The notes under the pieces: model-generated
Seen by the model: the letters and a program-made list of their open reading frames with translations, nothing else
What the model was told of the DNA's origin: nothing
Database searches by the model: none
Assembly (NCBI RefSeq): GCF_913055905.1
Contig: NZ_CAJXLB010000007.1
Origin: an uncultured Winogradskyella sp.
GTDB taxonomy: Bacteria; Bacteroidota; Bacteroidia; Flavobacteriales; Flavobacteriaceae
Direction: 5' to 3' (one strand)
Length of the DNA stretch: 64,000 nucleotides
Position numbers and translations under genes: made by a program
Shown here: in pieces, positions 1 through 8,282 of the stretch
Position numbering within the stretch: position 1 is the stretch's first letter
Layout: every line of letters starts with the position of its first letter

Positions 1-267
1 GAACTTAGAAGGACTGATAAGACACTTGACGGATATGTAATTGACAGCTTGACATACCAGTACAATCGACATGAAATTCGACTTCTGAATGAGAACTCAG
101 CAAACTCTTTAATAGTGAAATTCGACATTTACATTGACGAAATTGAATCGAGCTTAATCATTGGATATTATGACTATGAAGTGAATTTTCAAGGCGAGTT
201 CATAGACGAATTCTTAGTCTTCCAAAATGACATGGAAAATAAAAAAACGCTTGCCAACAATGGCTAA
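1..267 (+). CDS. Hypothetical cassette protein, 5'-truncated by the window edge
   Basis: Frame is open from position 1 (ELRRTDKTLDG...) to TAA at 265-267, which lies inside the repeat (tail KKTLANNG*). Confidence 0.7.
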   Translation, partial: ELRRTDKTLDGYVIDSLTYQYNRHEIRLLNENSANSLIVKFDIYIDEIESSLIIGYYDYEVNFQGEFIDEFLVFQNDMENKKTLANNG

Positions 268-383
268 GAAAACATGCGGGCTAACAGAGTAAAATGAAAT
301 TTAGTACACCAAATAAAACTTGTCCCTCGGTTGACAAATACGTGTTCCAAAACCCGCACGTTTCTTAGCCGTGGCCGTTATGG
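252..383 (+). repeat. attC-like site 1
   Basis: TGCCAAC at 252-258; arms GGCTAAGAAAACATGCGGG (262-280) and CCCGCACGTTTCTTAGCC (353-370); GTTATGG at 377-383. Confidence 0.85.
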
Positions 384-408
384 GCAAGGCTAAAACGACC
401 GAAAAACA

Positions 409-1014
409 ATGAAACTTAAAAACATATTTACAGACAATAAGACAAAAGTTTTTGTGGTGACTAACCAAGACGAAGAAGATGAACTTAATTGGACTATTGA
501 ACCGACTGACTTTGACCTTTTGCCAGAAGAAGAGAATGTTTATTACGTAAAAGCATATCAAGTTTCTGCTGACGGCACTTACGATTGTTACCTTGGTATA
601 ATGACACCTGAAAGAATTGCTGAGACTGTTGTAAAGAAAGAACCAAGCGGACAAATCGTTGCAGAAAGTATATACGAACAAGAACAAACTATAATTCCAG
701 CAGTTGCTTCTGACTGTTTTGGTGACTATGAATTGTTTTACGCAAAAGAAAATCCTCAAATTGGAATTGACGTTTTAAAAGACGGACTAACAAAAGCGTC
801 AAACAAGAACATTGTTGCAGAAGACTTGGGATATGTTTTGAGGGACGAGAAAAGAATTGAAGAAGCAATTGACGCATTTAAAATTAGTGAGCAGACTGGA
901 CCTTCTTCAGAGTATGTTTTCCTTGAACTTTCAAGACTATATCGCGAAATTGGACAAAAAGAAAATGAACTGAAATACAAAGAAAAATTTAAGGTGAGTG
1001 GCGGAATTGAATAG
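409..1014 (+). CDS. Cassette protein with a C-terminal TPR-like helical region
   Basis: 201 aa; AEDLGYVLRDEKRIEEAIDAFKIS...YVFLELSRLYREIG pattern resembles a TPR. Confidence 0.7.
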   Translation: MKLKNIFTDNKTKVFVVTNQDEEDELNWTIEPTDFDLLPEEENVYYVKAYQVSADGTYDCYLGIMTPERIAETVVKKEPSGQIVAESIYEQEQTIIPAVASDCFGDYELFYAKENPQIGIDVLKDGLTKASNKNIVAEDLGYVLRDEKRIEEAIDAFKISEQTGPSSEYVFLELSRLYREIGQKENELKYKEKFKVSGGIE

Positions 1015-1027
1015 AAGAAAAAGCCCA

Positions 1028-1162
1028 GCCCATAACAAAGCATATAGCTTATGGCGGGTAAACGGTTATCAGCAAGGTTTTCGCTTCGTAGCCAGCTTTG
1101 GTTTCGGTGGACAGGAAAGTGCTTCGAAACCGCCACAAGCCATATGCAAACCGTTACCCAAC
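1028..1162 (+). repeat. attC-like site 2
   Basis: GCCCATAAC at 1028-1036; arms GCATATAGCTTATGGCGG (1040-1057) and CCGCCACAAGCCATATGC (1130-1147); GTTACCCAAC at 1153-1162. Confidence 0.88.
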
Positions 1163-1178
1163 ATTTGACCAAACAATA

Positions 1179-1625
1179 ATGAGAAGGAAAAGACTACAAC
1201 ATAATGCTGACATTTTTTGCGATATGTTCGCTGGTTGGAAAATAGTGAACGATATGAAATCTTTGGTTGAATTGGAAAGTGGAATCATTGAATTTGATTT
1301 CCTGAATAGAACTCAAAAACTCAACAATGCGGAATCGAAAACTGACTTTAATATGTTTTATGAAATTTCGGAATGGTTTGCGGACGATTTAAAAAAGCAC
1401 AATATCGAAACGGAATTTATTAAAGAGGCAAAAGTAAAGGCGGAATTTAAAGTTGAATTTACTGCTGGAAAAAAGAAGTCTCGAACGAAAGGAATTACTG
1501 AACTATATCTGAATTTAAACTCTTGGATTTTAACAGACGAAAAAGAATATAAATCGGAAAAAGAAGAAACTCAAGAATTTCACCATATTGAACGGAAAGA
1601 AAAAACGTTGGGTAACAATGTATAA
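1179..1625 (+). CDS. Hypothetical cassette protein (148 aa)
   Basis: ATG at 1179 is preferred because the ORF-track start at 1098 lies inside site 2; the stop lies inside site 3 (tail KTLGNNV*). Confidence 0.75.
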   Translation: MRRKRLQHNADIFCDMFAGWKIVNDMKSLVELESGIIEFDFLNRTQKLNNAESKTDFNMFYEISEWFADDLKKHNIETEFIKEAKVKAEFKVEFTAGKKKSRTKGITELYLNLNSWILTDEKEYKSEKEETQEFHHIERKEKTLGNNV

Positions 1626-1745
1626 CCGCAATTACGGCGGATTCGACTACGTCCGAATCCACTCGGAATTGCTAACGTCTGTGTCAAACCGAAAATAATC
1701 GCTAATTTAACCCGCAACTGACGGTTATACTAGACCGTTACCTGC
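1607..1745 (+). repeat. attC-like site 3 (family A)
   Basis: GTTGGGTAAC...GTTACCTGC; 67 nt (1613-1679) are identical to 2271-2337. Confidence 0.9.
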
Positions 1746-1767
1746 AAGTTAAACCGACATTCTGCAA

Positions 1768-2259
1768 ATGAAAATCATCTTTCAAGTCATATTATTTCTA
1801 TTCTCATCTAGCTTCTGCTTTGCTCAAGAAATGACAAAGCGTGAATTAAAAAATATGATAAAGGAATCGAAATTGGAATATCGGAAAAATGGATATTCTT
1901 ATTTTTCTAAAATACTGACAAATAATAAAGACAGTCTTTTTTTCAAAGCTGACCGAATTGAAATTTACTCAAGTAATGCCATAACATCTGAAAAGGGAAT
2001 CTGCCGAACGGTTGAATTAAAATTCTTGAAGAACAAAAAAGTGAATTTTATTGATTGCCAAACTTGCACTGAACCATCTTCGTGTTACGTTACAACTGAT
2101 AAAAATGTTTACAAATACTATATTCAAGAAATTGAAAACGAATTATTTATTCTTTTCAAAAACAAATACTACGAAATGAATTTTAAAGTAATTTCTGCAA
2201 AAGAAAATGAACTGAATCACAGAAAATATCGTGAAATAAAATTAGAGCGAATTGAATAA
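1768..2259 (+). CDS. Secreted hypothetical cassette protein
   Basis: 163 aa; signal peptide-like N-terminus (MKIIFQVILFLFSSSFCFA-QE). Confidence 0.75.
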   Translation: MKIIFQVILFLFSSSFCFAQEMTKRELKNMIKESKLEYRKNGYSYFSKILTNNKDSLFFKADRIEIYSSNAITSEKGICRTVELKFLKNKKVNFIDCQTCTEPSSCYVTTDKNVYKYYIQEIENELFILFKNKYYEMNFKVISAKENELNHRKYREIKLERIE

Positions 2260-2265
2260 AAACCA

Positions 2266-2403
2266 GCAGGTAACAATGTATAACCGCAATTACGGCGGAT
2301 TCGACTACGTCCGAATCCACTCGGAATTGCTAACGTCAGTGCTAAACCGAAAAACATTAACTTTAATCCCGTAACTGACGGTTATACTAGACCGTTAGCA
2401 CCA
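2266..2403 (+). repeat. attC-like site 4 (family A)
   Basis: GCAGGTAAC; arms GTATAACCGCAATTACGG (2278-2295) and CCGTAACTGACGGTTATAC (2369-2387); GTTAGCACCA at 2394-2403. Confidence 0.9.
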
Positions 2404-2405
2404 AT

Positions 2406-3164
2406 TTGAAAAAACTAAAAACCTTGAAAAAAATATCATTACTGCTCATAGCTATTACATTTCTATATTCCTGTAAAAAGTTGGAAAAAGAAACAACCAG
2501 AAATCAATCTGAAACAAAAATTGAGAAAAAATTATATGCAGAAACTGAAAGTAAAATAAAAAAATATAGAGAAGATTCTCAAAAGTATTGGGATAAAAAT
2601 GATAGCGAAAATGCTCTGAAATATGGCGACTCAATTAAGTCAATTATTCTAAACAGTTACATCAACGATTATGAATTTAAAACTGTTGAGAACACTATCT
2701 ACAATACGATTGAAAGAAAAAAGCCTCTTTTCTTACAAGTTACGGCATCTTGGTGTGCACCTTGTAAATTTGAAGTTCCTGCATTAAATAAAATAGTTGA
2801 GAAATATAGTGACAGGGTAGATTTTGTTCTTCTATTTTGGGACACTCAATCGGATTTAGAAAAGCTTGCGCCTGATTATAATAAGAATATATATCTAATT
2901 CCTTCTCAAGAACAACAATCTGAAGCGACCACAATTGATATTTCTGGATTTAGACACATTATGGGTTTTCCAACAAATTATTTGATTACAAGAGAAAATA
3001 AAATAATTAACTTTTCCCAAGGAGCAATGATTCCGACAACCTACACAGACCAAAACGGAAAAGAAATTACAATTACGAAAGAAGTTGCCGACCAAAAGAA
3101 TTATGAAAGACTTGAAAAAGAAATCAAAGAATTAATTGAAAAAACTGGTGCTAACAATGTATAA
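2406..3164 (+). CDS. Lipoprotein with a TlpA/thioredoxin-like domain (cassette)
   Basis: Lipobox-like LYS-C; WCAPC redox motif; TTG start at 2406 or 2424; stop lies inside site 5 (tail KTGANNV*). Confidence 0.8.
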   Translation: MKKLKTLKKISLLLIAITFLYSCKKLEKETTRNQSETKIEKKLYAETESKIKKYREDSQKYWDKNDSENALKYGDSIKSIILNSYINDYEFKTVENTIYNTIERKKPLFLQVTASWCAPCKFEVPALNKIVEKYSDRVDFVLLFWDTQSDLEKLAPDYNKNIYLIPSQEQQSEATTIDISGFRHIMGFPTNYLITRENKIINFSQGAMIPTTYTDQNGKEITITKEVADQKNYERLEKEIKELIEKTGANNV

Positions 3165-3307
3165 CCGCAATTACGGTGGATTCGACTACGTCCGAATCCA
3201 CCCCGCCTTGCCAGGCGTGGCAGGTCGGAATTGCTAACGTCAGTTCTAAACCGAAAATTAACGCATATTAACCCGTAACTGACGGTTATACGAGACCGTT
3301 GGCTGTA
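3146..3307 (+). repeat. attC-like site 5 (family A, with a 23-nt hairpin insertion)
   Basis: TGGTGCTAAC...GTTGGCTGTA; near-identical to sites 3 and 4 apart from the extra 3202-3224. Confidence 0.9.
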
Positions 3308-3309
3308 AT

Positions 3310-3837
3310 ATGAAAAAAATCGCGATTATAATATTAACATTGAATTTCAACCTTGGATTTGGACAAGTTGAAATTCCTTTTTTTGAACAAATCGCTTTTG
3401 ATTTTTACAAGGACAGTCTATTGACAAAATTCCCTGTAGAAAAACGAATAAAAATTCCAAAATATACGACTGACTTTCACTTCTCGTCTTATAAATTTCA
3501 AGTTAACGAATGTCTGACTGGAGAATTATTGACAGAGGGAAAAGAATTGGAAATTTTCGGGATTTATGCTCTAGAACAAATGGATTTTGATTCGCCAACT
3601 CACAAAATGAATTATGAAAACTTGGATAAAAAACAGTTTCGGATTAAAAAATCAAGTAGCAATCTGAATTTAAGAATTTCCCAACCCTATCATAAAAAAG
3701 ATTACTTTGAGAATTTTTACGTAATTATATCGGAAAATTATAAAAGAAAAAATATCACATACTATTTATTAATAGACAAAAACGGAAAGATAAAAAATTG
3801 GTGCAGAAAAGAATCGGAAATGATAATAATCCATTAG
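3310..3837 (+). CDS. Secreted hypothetical cassette protein
   Basis: 175 aa; signal peptide-like N-terminus ending GFG-QV. Confidence 0.75.
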   Translation: MKKIAIIILTLNFNLGFGQVEIPFFEQIAFDFYKDSLLTKFPVEKRIKIPKYTTDFHFSSYKFQVNECLTGELLTEGKELEIFGIYALEQMDFDSPTHKMNYENLDKKQFRIKKSSSNLNLRISQPYHKKDYFENFYVIISENYKRKNITYYLLIDKNGKIKNWCRKESEMIIIH

Positions 3838-3853
3838 TGATTAAAAAAAATAC

Positions 3854-4041
3854 TACAGCCAACACCGGCTATAGTTCATTGCTACTCGCCTACTTCAATT
3901 TAAAATTTTTCTTACTTTTAATACTTAAACATAAAGAGGAATGATTTCGTTACGCTGTTTGCTTCGCACGTGTGGAAAAAACTAGCAACGCTTCGCAAAC
4001 CAACAACCGCAACGAAACCATAGCCCAAACCGTTAGCAAAC
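3854..4041 (+). repeat. attC-like site 6 (family B)
   Basis: TACAGCCAAC; arms GGCTATAGTTCATTGC (3867-3882) and GCAACGAAACCATAGCC (4009-4025); GTTAGCAAAC at 4032-4041. Confidence 0.88.
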
Positions 4042-4046
4042 ATATC

Positions 4047-4661
4047 ATGCAAAACCCAAAGCTACTTTACCTTATTCTAATAATAATTCTAAGCTCTTGT
4101 TCTAAAGAAAAAAAGTCTGTGCCAACTAAAGAATTCAAAACAAAACAAATTGACACTACCAAACTTTACCATAGAACAAAAGTTATCTATGAAAAGGATA
4201 GTCTGAACTATAAGGAAATTGAAGTCTACGTTTCAAAAGAAAATGACACCATTGTGAATCAATGGAAAAAAATTGAAAACGGAAAGATAGACAGTTCTCA
4301 AAGCAAGTTTTATAACCTAAAACTGATAGGTAAGAAAAGTGATTCTATTTTGACTGGACAAATAAGTTTTTATTCACCTGGCGACAGTATTCCAGATTCA
4401 AAAATATATACGAGATTCGTGACTTTCACTTTTCTTCAACCAGAAAAAGATTCTTTAGTTTTTAAAGAAATTAAGTCCGACAAAAATATAATTGACTTTA
4501 AATATCGTATAATTGACAGCTTAGGTTTTATGGGATTTATATCTGACTTAAGAGCCACCAAAATTGATAGCTTACCCGAACAATCTCTTGTAAATAGAAA
4601 CTACTTTGCTGTGGATACGGATATTTGGACTAACAACACATTTGTAGAAATTGTAAAATAA
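4047..4661 (+). CDS. Hypothetical lipoprotein (cassette)
   Basis: ATG at 4047 (MQNPKLLYLILIIILSS-C); the ORF-track start at 3972 lies inside site 6. Confidence 0.75.
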   Translation: MQNPKLLYLILIIILSSCSKEKKSVPTKEFKTKQIDTTKLYHRTKVIYEKDSLNYKEIEVYVSKENDTIVNQWKKIENGKIDSSQSKFYNLKLIGKKSDSILTGQISFYSPGDSIPDSKIYTRFVTFTFLQPEKDSLVFKEIKSDKNIIDFKYRIIDSLGFMGFISDLRATKIDSLPEQSLVNRNYFAVDTDIWTNNTFVEIVK

Positions 4662-4667
4662 AAATAC

Positions 4668-4853
4668 GTTTGCTAACACCGGCTATAGTTCATTGCTACT
4701 CTCCTGCTTCAATTTAAAATATTTCCTACATTTAGTACCTAAACATATAAGCAATTATTTCGTTTTGCTATTTGCTTCGCACGTGAGGAGAAAACTAGCA
4801 ACGCTTCGCAAACCGCAAACCGCAACGTAATCATACGCAAACAGTTGGTAACA
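4668..4853 (+). repeat. attC-like site 7 (family B)
   Basis: GTTTGCTAACACCGGCTATAGTTCATTGCTACTC shares its arm with site 6; right core GTTGGTAACA at 4844-4853. Confidence 0.85.
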
Positions 4854-4902
4854 ATACCTATGGCACGCATCCACCGCACTACGTACTTGTGTGTCTGCTT
4901 AA

Positions 4903-5059
4903 TGTTCCTAACAGGCACACAGTACGACTGTATATTCGTTAACGTGCCATCGGCACTATACCCAACTATGGATATAACGAATATACCTCTAATGGCTACT
5001 ATTACTAATTACAGCAAGCTGTCAACGTAACTCGCCATATCCGTGTGCCTGTTACCTGC
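4903..5059 (+). repeat. attC-like site 8, atypical, closing a gene-less unit
   Basis: Perfect 12-bp IR TAACAGGCACAC (4909-4920) / GTGTGCCTGTTA (5043-5054); inner perfect 12-bp IR 4930-4941 / 4975-4986; right core GTTACCTGC at 5051-5059. Confidence 0.6.
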
Positions 5060-5142
5060 AATATCCCAAGAGAGTATGGCATCGTTATTAAAGTAATAAC
5101 AAAACTAATGACTAATATATTTGGTGACATCAAAAATCTCTT

Positions 5143-5168
5143 TAAATTTGCAACCGAATGAACGTTCA
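5143..5168 (+). promoter_or_regulatory. Bacteroidota -7 box plus candidate TetR operator
   Basis: TAAATTTG at 5143-5150 fits TAnnTTTG (a second copy TATATTTG at 5116-5123); perfect palindrome TGAACGTTCA at 5159-5168, 6 bp before the tetR ATG. Confidence 0.6.
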
Positions 5169-5174
5169 CTTTGT

Positions 5175-5744
5175 ATGACGAAAAAAGAAAAAATATTAAA
5201 AATAGCGCTGGAATTAATTGTAAATCAAGGAATCCAAGAAACACCAATGTCGCAAATCTCAAAAGTTTCAGGTGTAGCTATGGGGACAATATATCATCAT
5301 TTTAAAAGCAAAAACGAAATAGTAAACGCCATTTATATCTACCTGAAAAAAGAAATGGGAAATGCGCTTTTAGAAGAAAAAGATAGTTCTAAAGATTACA
5401 AAGCACTCTTCTACCAATTTTGGAACAACCTATTTGAGTTTTACCAAAAGAACGAAATGGCCTTTAAGTTTTTACAAAGATTTGTGCAATCGCCACTTAT
5501 TTCTGATGAAACAAAAGTTGAAGGACTTGAACATTATAAACCAATCATTTCATTTTTTGAAGAGGGATTACGAAACAACATTCTAAAACCTATTGACATT
5601 GTACTATTAACAGAAACAATTCACGGAAATATAGTTTCATTAGTGCAAATTCACTTCCAGCAAACAATAGTAGTAAATAAAAAAATCATTGACCAAGCTA
5701 TTGATATGTCTTGGAGCAGTGTTGCAAACAAAAATTATGAATAA
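5175..5744 (+). CDS. TetR/AcrR family transcriptional regulator
   Basis: N-terminal HTH KEKILKIALELIVNQGIQETPMSQISKVSGVAMGTIYHHFKSK; ATG at 5175. Confidence 0.92.
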   Translation: MTKKEKILKIALELIVNQGIQETPMSQISKVSGVAMGTIYHHFKSKNEIVNAIYIYLKKEMGNALLEEKDSSKDYKALFYQFWNNLFEFYQKNEMAFKFLQRFVQSPLISDETKVEGLEHYKPIISFFEEGLRNNILKPIDIVLLTETIHGNIVSLVQIHFQQTIVVNKKIIDQAIDMSWSSVANKNYE

Positions 5745-6774
5745 AACAGTATTAGTAACAGGGGGAACGGGCTATATCGGTTCTTGGGTAACCAAAATGC
5801 TCTTAGAAAAAGGATATACGGTAAGATTAGCCGTGAGAGACAATAAGAACACAGCAAAGTACCAACACCTTATCGAGTTAGAGAATAGTTCTGATGGTAA
5901 TTTGGAATTCTGGAATGCTAATTTACTGTCAGAAGGTGATTATGACGAAATGGCGGAAGGCTGTTCTTCTATAATCCATATGGCATCCCCTTTCACACTG
6001 CGATTTAAAGATGCTCAAAAAGAGTTGATTGACCCTGCCCTGAAGGGAACAAGAAATGTGCTGAATGCTGCTACAAAATCATCTTCAGTTAAGAAAGTAG
6101 TTTTAACCTCGAGTGTTGCTGCTGTTCACGGAGATAATATCGACATGAAAGAGAAAGGCTTATCTGAATTTACTGAAGCGCATTTTAATGATTCAAGCAG
6201 TGCATCTCACCAACCGTATTCCTTTTCTAAAGTAATCGCAGAAAAAGAGGCTTGGAAAATCAGCGAAAGTCAAGATCAATGGAAATTAGTCGTAATTAAC
6301 CCATCTTTTGTTATGGGACCCTCTTTAACCCAATCTTCTAACTCTGAAAGTTTGAATTTTATGAAAGAAATGCTTTCTGGAAAATACTATTTGGGAGCAC
6401 CAAACTTAATGTTTGGGTTTGTAGATGTTAGAGATGTTGCCAAAGCACACCTATTAGCCTTAGAAGACGAAACGGCCGAAGGACGACACATATTGGCAGA
6501 AAGAACAACGTCAGTTTTTGATTTTTCCCGATTAATCAAAAAAAGTTACGGCAATAAATACAAATTACCATTGATGCAATCACCAAAAATAATGCTGTAT
6601 TTAGTAGGCTGGATGTTTGGTTTAGGAACCAAATTTATACGCCGGAATGTGGGCTATGATATAAAGTTAAATACGTCAAAGAGTAAGGAAAAATTAGGTT
6701 TAACTTACACCAATTTGCAGAATACGATAGAAGATATGGTGTCGCAAATGCAGGAAAATAAAATCATATCCTAG
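5737..6774 (+). CDS. NAD-dependent epimerase/dehydratase (extended SDR, dihydroflavonol reductase-like)
   Basis: VLVTGGTGYIG, HMASP, TSSVAAV and YSFSK motifs; ATG at 5737 overlaps the tetR stop. Confidence 0.9.
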   Translation: MNKTVLVTGGTGYIGSWVTKMLLEKGYTVRLAVRDNKNTAKYQHLIELENSSDGNLEFWNANLLSEGDYDEMAEGCSSIIHMASPFTLRFKDAQKELIDPALKGTRNVLNAATKSSSVKKVVLTSSVAAVHGDNIDMKEKGLSEFTEAHFNDSSSASHQPYSFSKVIAEKEAWKISESQDQWKLVVINPSFVMGPSLTQSSNSESLNFMKEMLSGKYYLGAPNLMFGFVDVRDVAKAHLLALEDETAEGRHILAERTTSVFDFSRLIKKSYGNKYKLPLMQSPKIMLYLVGWMFGLGTKFIRRNVGYDIKLNTSKSKEKLGLTYTNLQNTIEDMVSQMQENKIIS

Positions 6775-6835
6775 CACAAAAACGTATCTCGGAAGTAGAT
6801 TATAATCAATTATAAACTGAACAAATTTATACCAA

Positions 6836-8245
6836 ATGAAAAAAACATTACTTACATCAATCCTATTTACATTAATTGTTTATTGCGGTTTTGGACAAAC
6901 AACCATTCCTGACAACACAAACATTAGTGGTAGCTGGACTGTAGCTAATTCGCCCTATATCATTGAGGGTAGAGCCATAGTTCCAAATGGTCAAACGCTA
7001 ACCATCGAGCCTGGCGTAGAAATTAGACTTCAATCAAGTACATCACCAACGCCATCGTGGTTTGATTATGGCTCTGGGAATGTTGGAGTTATAAGAGTTC
7101 AGGGAGAGATAATTGCAAACGGAACTACTACAAACCCTATTCTATTTACAAGGAATAATACTGGTTTTTGGGGTACAATTTTAATAGATGAAAACGCAGC
7201 CAATACTTCCTCATTTTCAAATTGTATCATTGAATATGCAAAGGAAAGCAGAAATGTAACCGGAATCACTTCACCTGTCTCATTTAATGGTGGAATCAGT
7301 GTTTTTAATAGCACAGTTTCTATCAACCAAAATGAATTTAGAAACAACAACATCAATGGGTTGTATATAAGAGATGTGGCGAATTCTTTTGATTTCTCAA
7401 ATAATACTTTTTACGATAACGGCTCAAACGGAAGCGTAATCGAACAATCAACCGTAAACGCAATTAACAATACCTACTTTAACAATTCAATTAGCGCGAC
7501 AGGGCAAGTTTCGGCTATTCGCTCGACTAACTCAACCGTCTATCTCGTTGGTAATTTGATTTACAACAATGACGATTTTGGGATTTTTACTTCTGGAGGA
7601 GGGAATCATTATGTTGTAAACAATACTATTTTTGGCAACAGTCAAGGCGTAAGAGTAGAAACTGGGGCAAATACGTTTATACATAGTTCCATTATTCAGA
7701 ACAATACATTGAACTTTTCGACCAGCAATGTTGGCGGAGCTAATGTAGAAATGCAGTATAGTTTAACCAATGACGCTACGTTTCCTACGAATGTTACAAA
7801 TGTTTCAAGTAATTTGTTGAACTCAGATGCGCTATTTACCAATTCTGGAGCAAATGATTTCAGTTTACAAAGTACATCGCCTGCGATTGATGCAGGCAAT
7901 CCAAGTTCATCAGGTTTAAATATAACTGTAACAGATATTTTAGGAAACCCTAGAATAGATAATACAATTATTGATATTGGAGCCATAGAGTTTCAACAGG
8001 CCCTTAGTGTAAATAACATTAATGAATTAGCGGATTTAAATATTTACCCCAATCCAACAAAAGATTTTATTTATGTAACATCAAATGAATCGTTAACAAT
8101 TGAAGTTTTTTCAATTGACGGAAAATCAATTGGAAATTACAATGCAAAAATCATTGACTTGTCAAAAGTTAAAGCGGGCATTTATGTTCTGAAAGTTGAA
8201 GATTCAACTGGAAAAAGTATCATAAGAAAGATAGTAAAGAAATAG
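6836..8245 (+). CDS. T9SS-secreted parallel beta-helix protein with choice-of-anchor Q-like region
   Basis: Signal peptide; Asn-rich beta-helix repeats; FSLQSTSPAIDAG...DIGAIEFQ; type A CTD IYPNPTKD...KIVKK. Confidence 0.85.
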   Translation: MKKTLLTSILFTLIVYCGFGQTTIPDNTNISGSWTVANSPYIIEGRAIVPNGQTLTIEPGVEIRLQSSTSPTPSWFDYGSGNVGVIRVQGEIIANGTTTNPILFTRNNTGFWGTILIDENAANTSSFSNCIIEYAKESRNVTGITSPVSFNGGISVFNSTVSINQNEFRNNNINGLYIRDVANSFDFSNNTFYDNGSNGSVIEQSTVNAINNTYFNNSISATGQVSAIRSTNSTVYLVGNLIYNNDDFGIFTSGGGNHYVVNNTIFGNSQGVRVETGANTFIHSSIIQNNTLNFSTSNVGGANVEMQYSLTNDATFPTNVTNVSSNLLNSDALFTNSGANDFSLQSTSPAIDAGNPSSSGLNITVTDILGNPRIDNTIIDIGAIEFQQALSVNNINELADLNIYPNPTKDFIYVTSNESLTIEVFSIDGKSIGNYNAKIIDLSKVKAGIYVLKVEDSTGKSIIRKIVKK

Positions 8246-8251
8246 AAGCCA

Positions 8252-8273
8252 GCAGGTAACTATGGCAATAATT
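8252..8273 (+). repeat. Truncated attC-like site 9 (left end only)
   Basis: CCAGCAGGTAAC is identical to the site 4 left end; AACTATGGCAATAATT resembles a left arm (13/16 to 11150-11165); no right arm found. Confidence 0.6.
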
Positions 8274-8282
8274 ATGAGAACG

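Noticed and set aside
1607-3307. Family A repeats as a CRISPR array
   Set aside because: Repeats are ~140 bp, the intervening segments are 500-750 bp protein-coding genes, and no cas genes are present.
1098-4046. Long N-terminal extensions given by the ORF track (starts 1098 and 3972; also 5121, 5689, 8262 and 57217)
   Set aside because: They run through repeat, promoter or upstream-gene sequence; downstream ATGs give proper signal peptides or domain starts.
252-4853. Intergenic repeats as simple terminators or REP elements
   Set aside because: There are no U-tracts, the loops are long, and the cassette-specific end complementarity is not explained by terminators or REPs.
4845-5030. 61-aa ORF in the gene-less unit
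   Set aside because: It starts on the TTG of the crossover core, runs through the inverted repeats and has no recognisable features; probably spurious, but not excluded.
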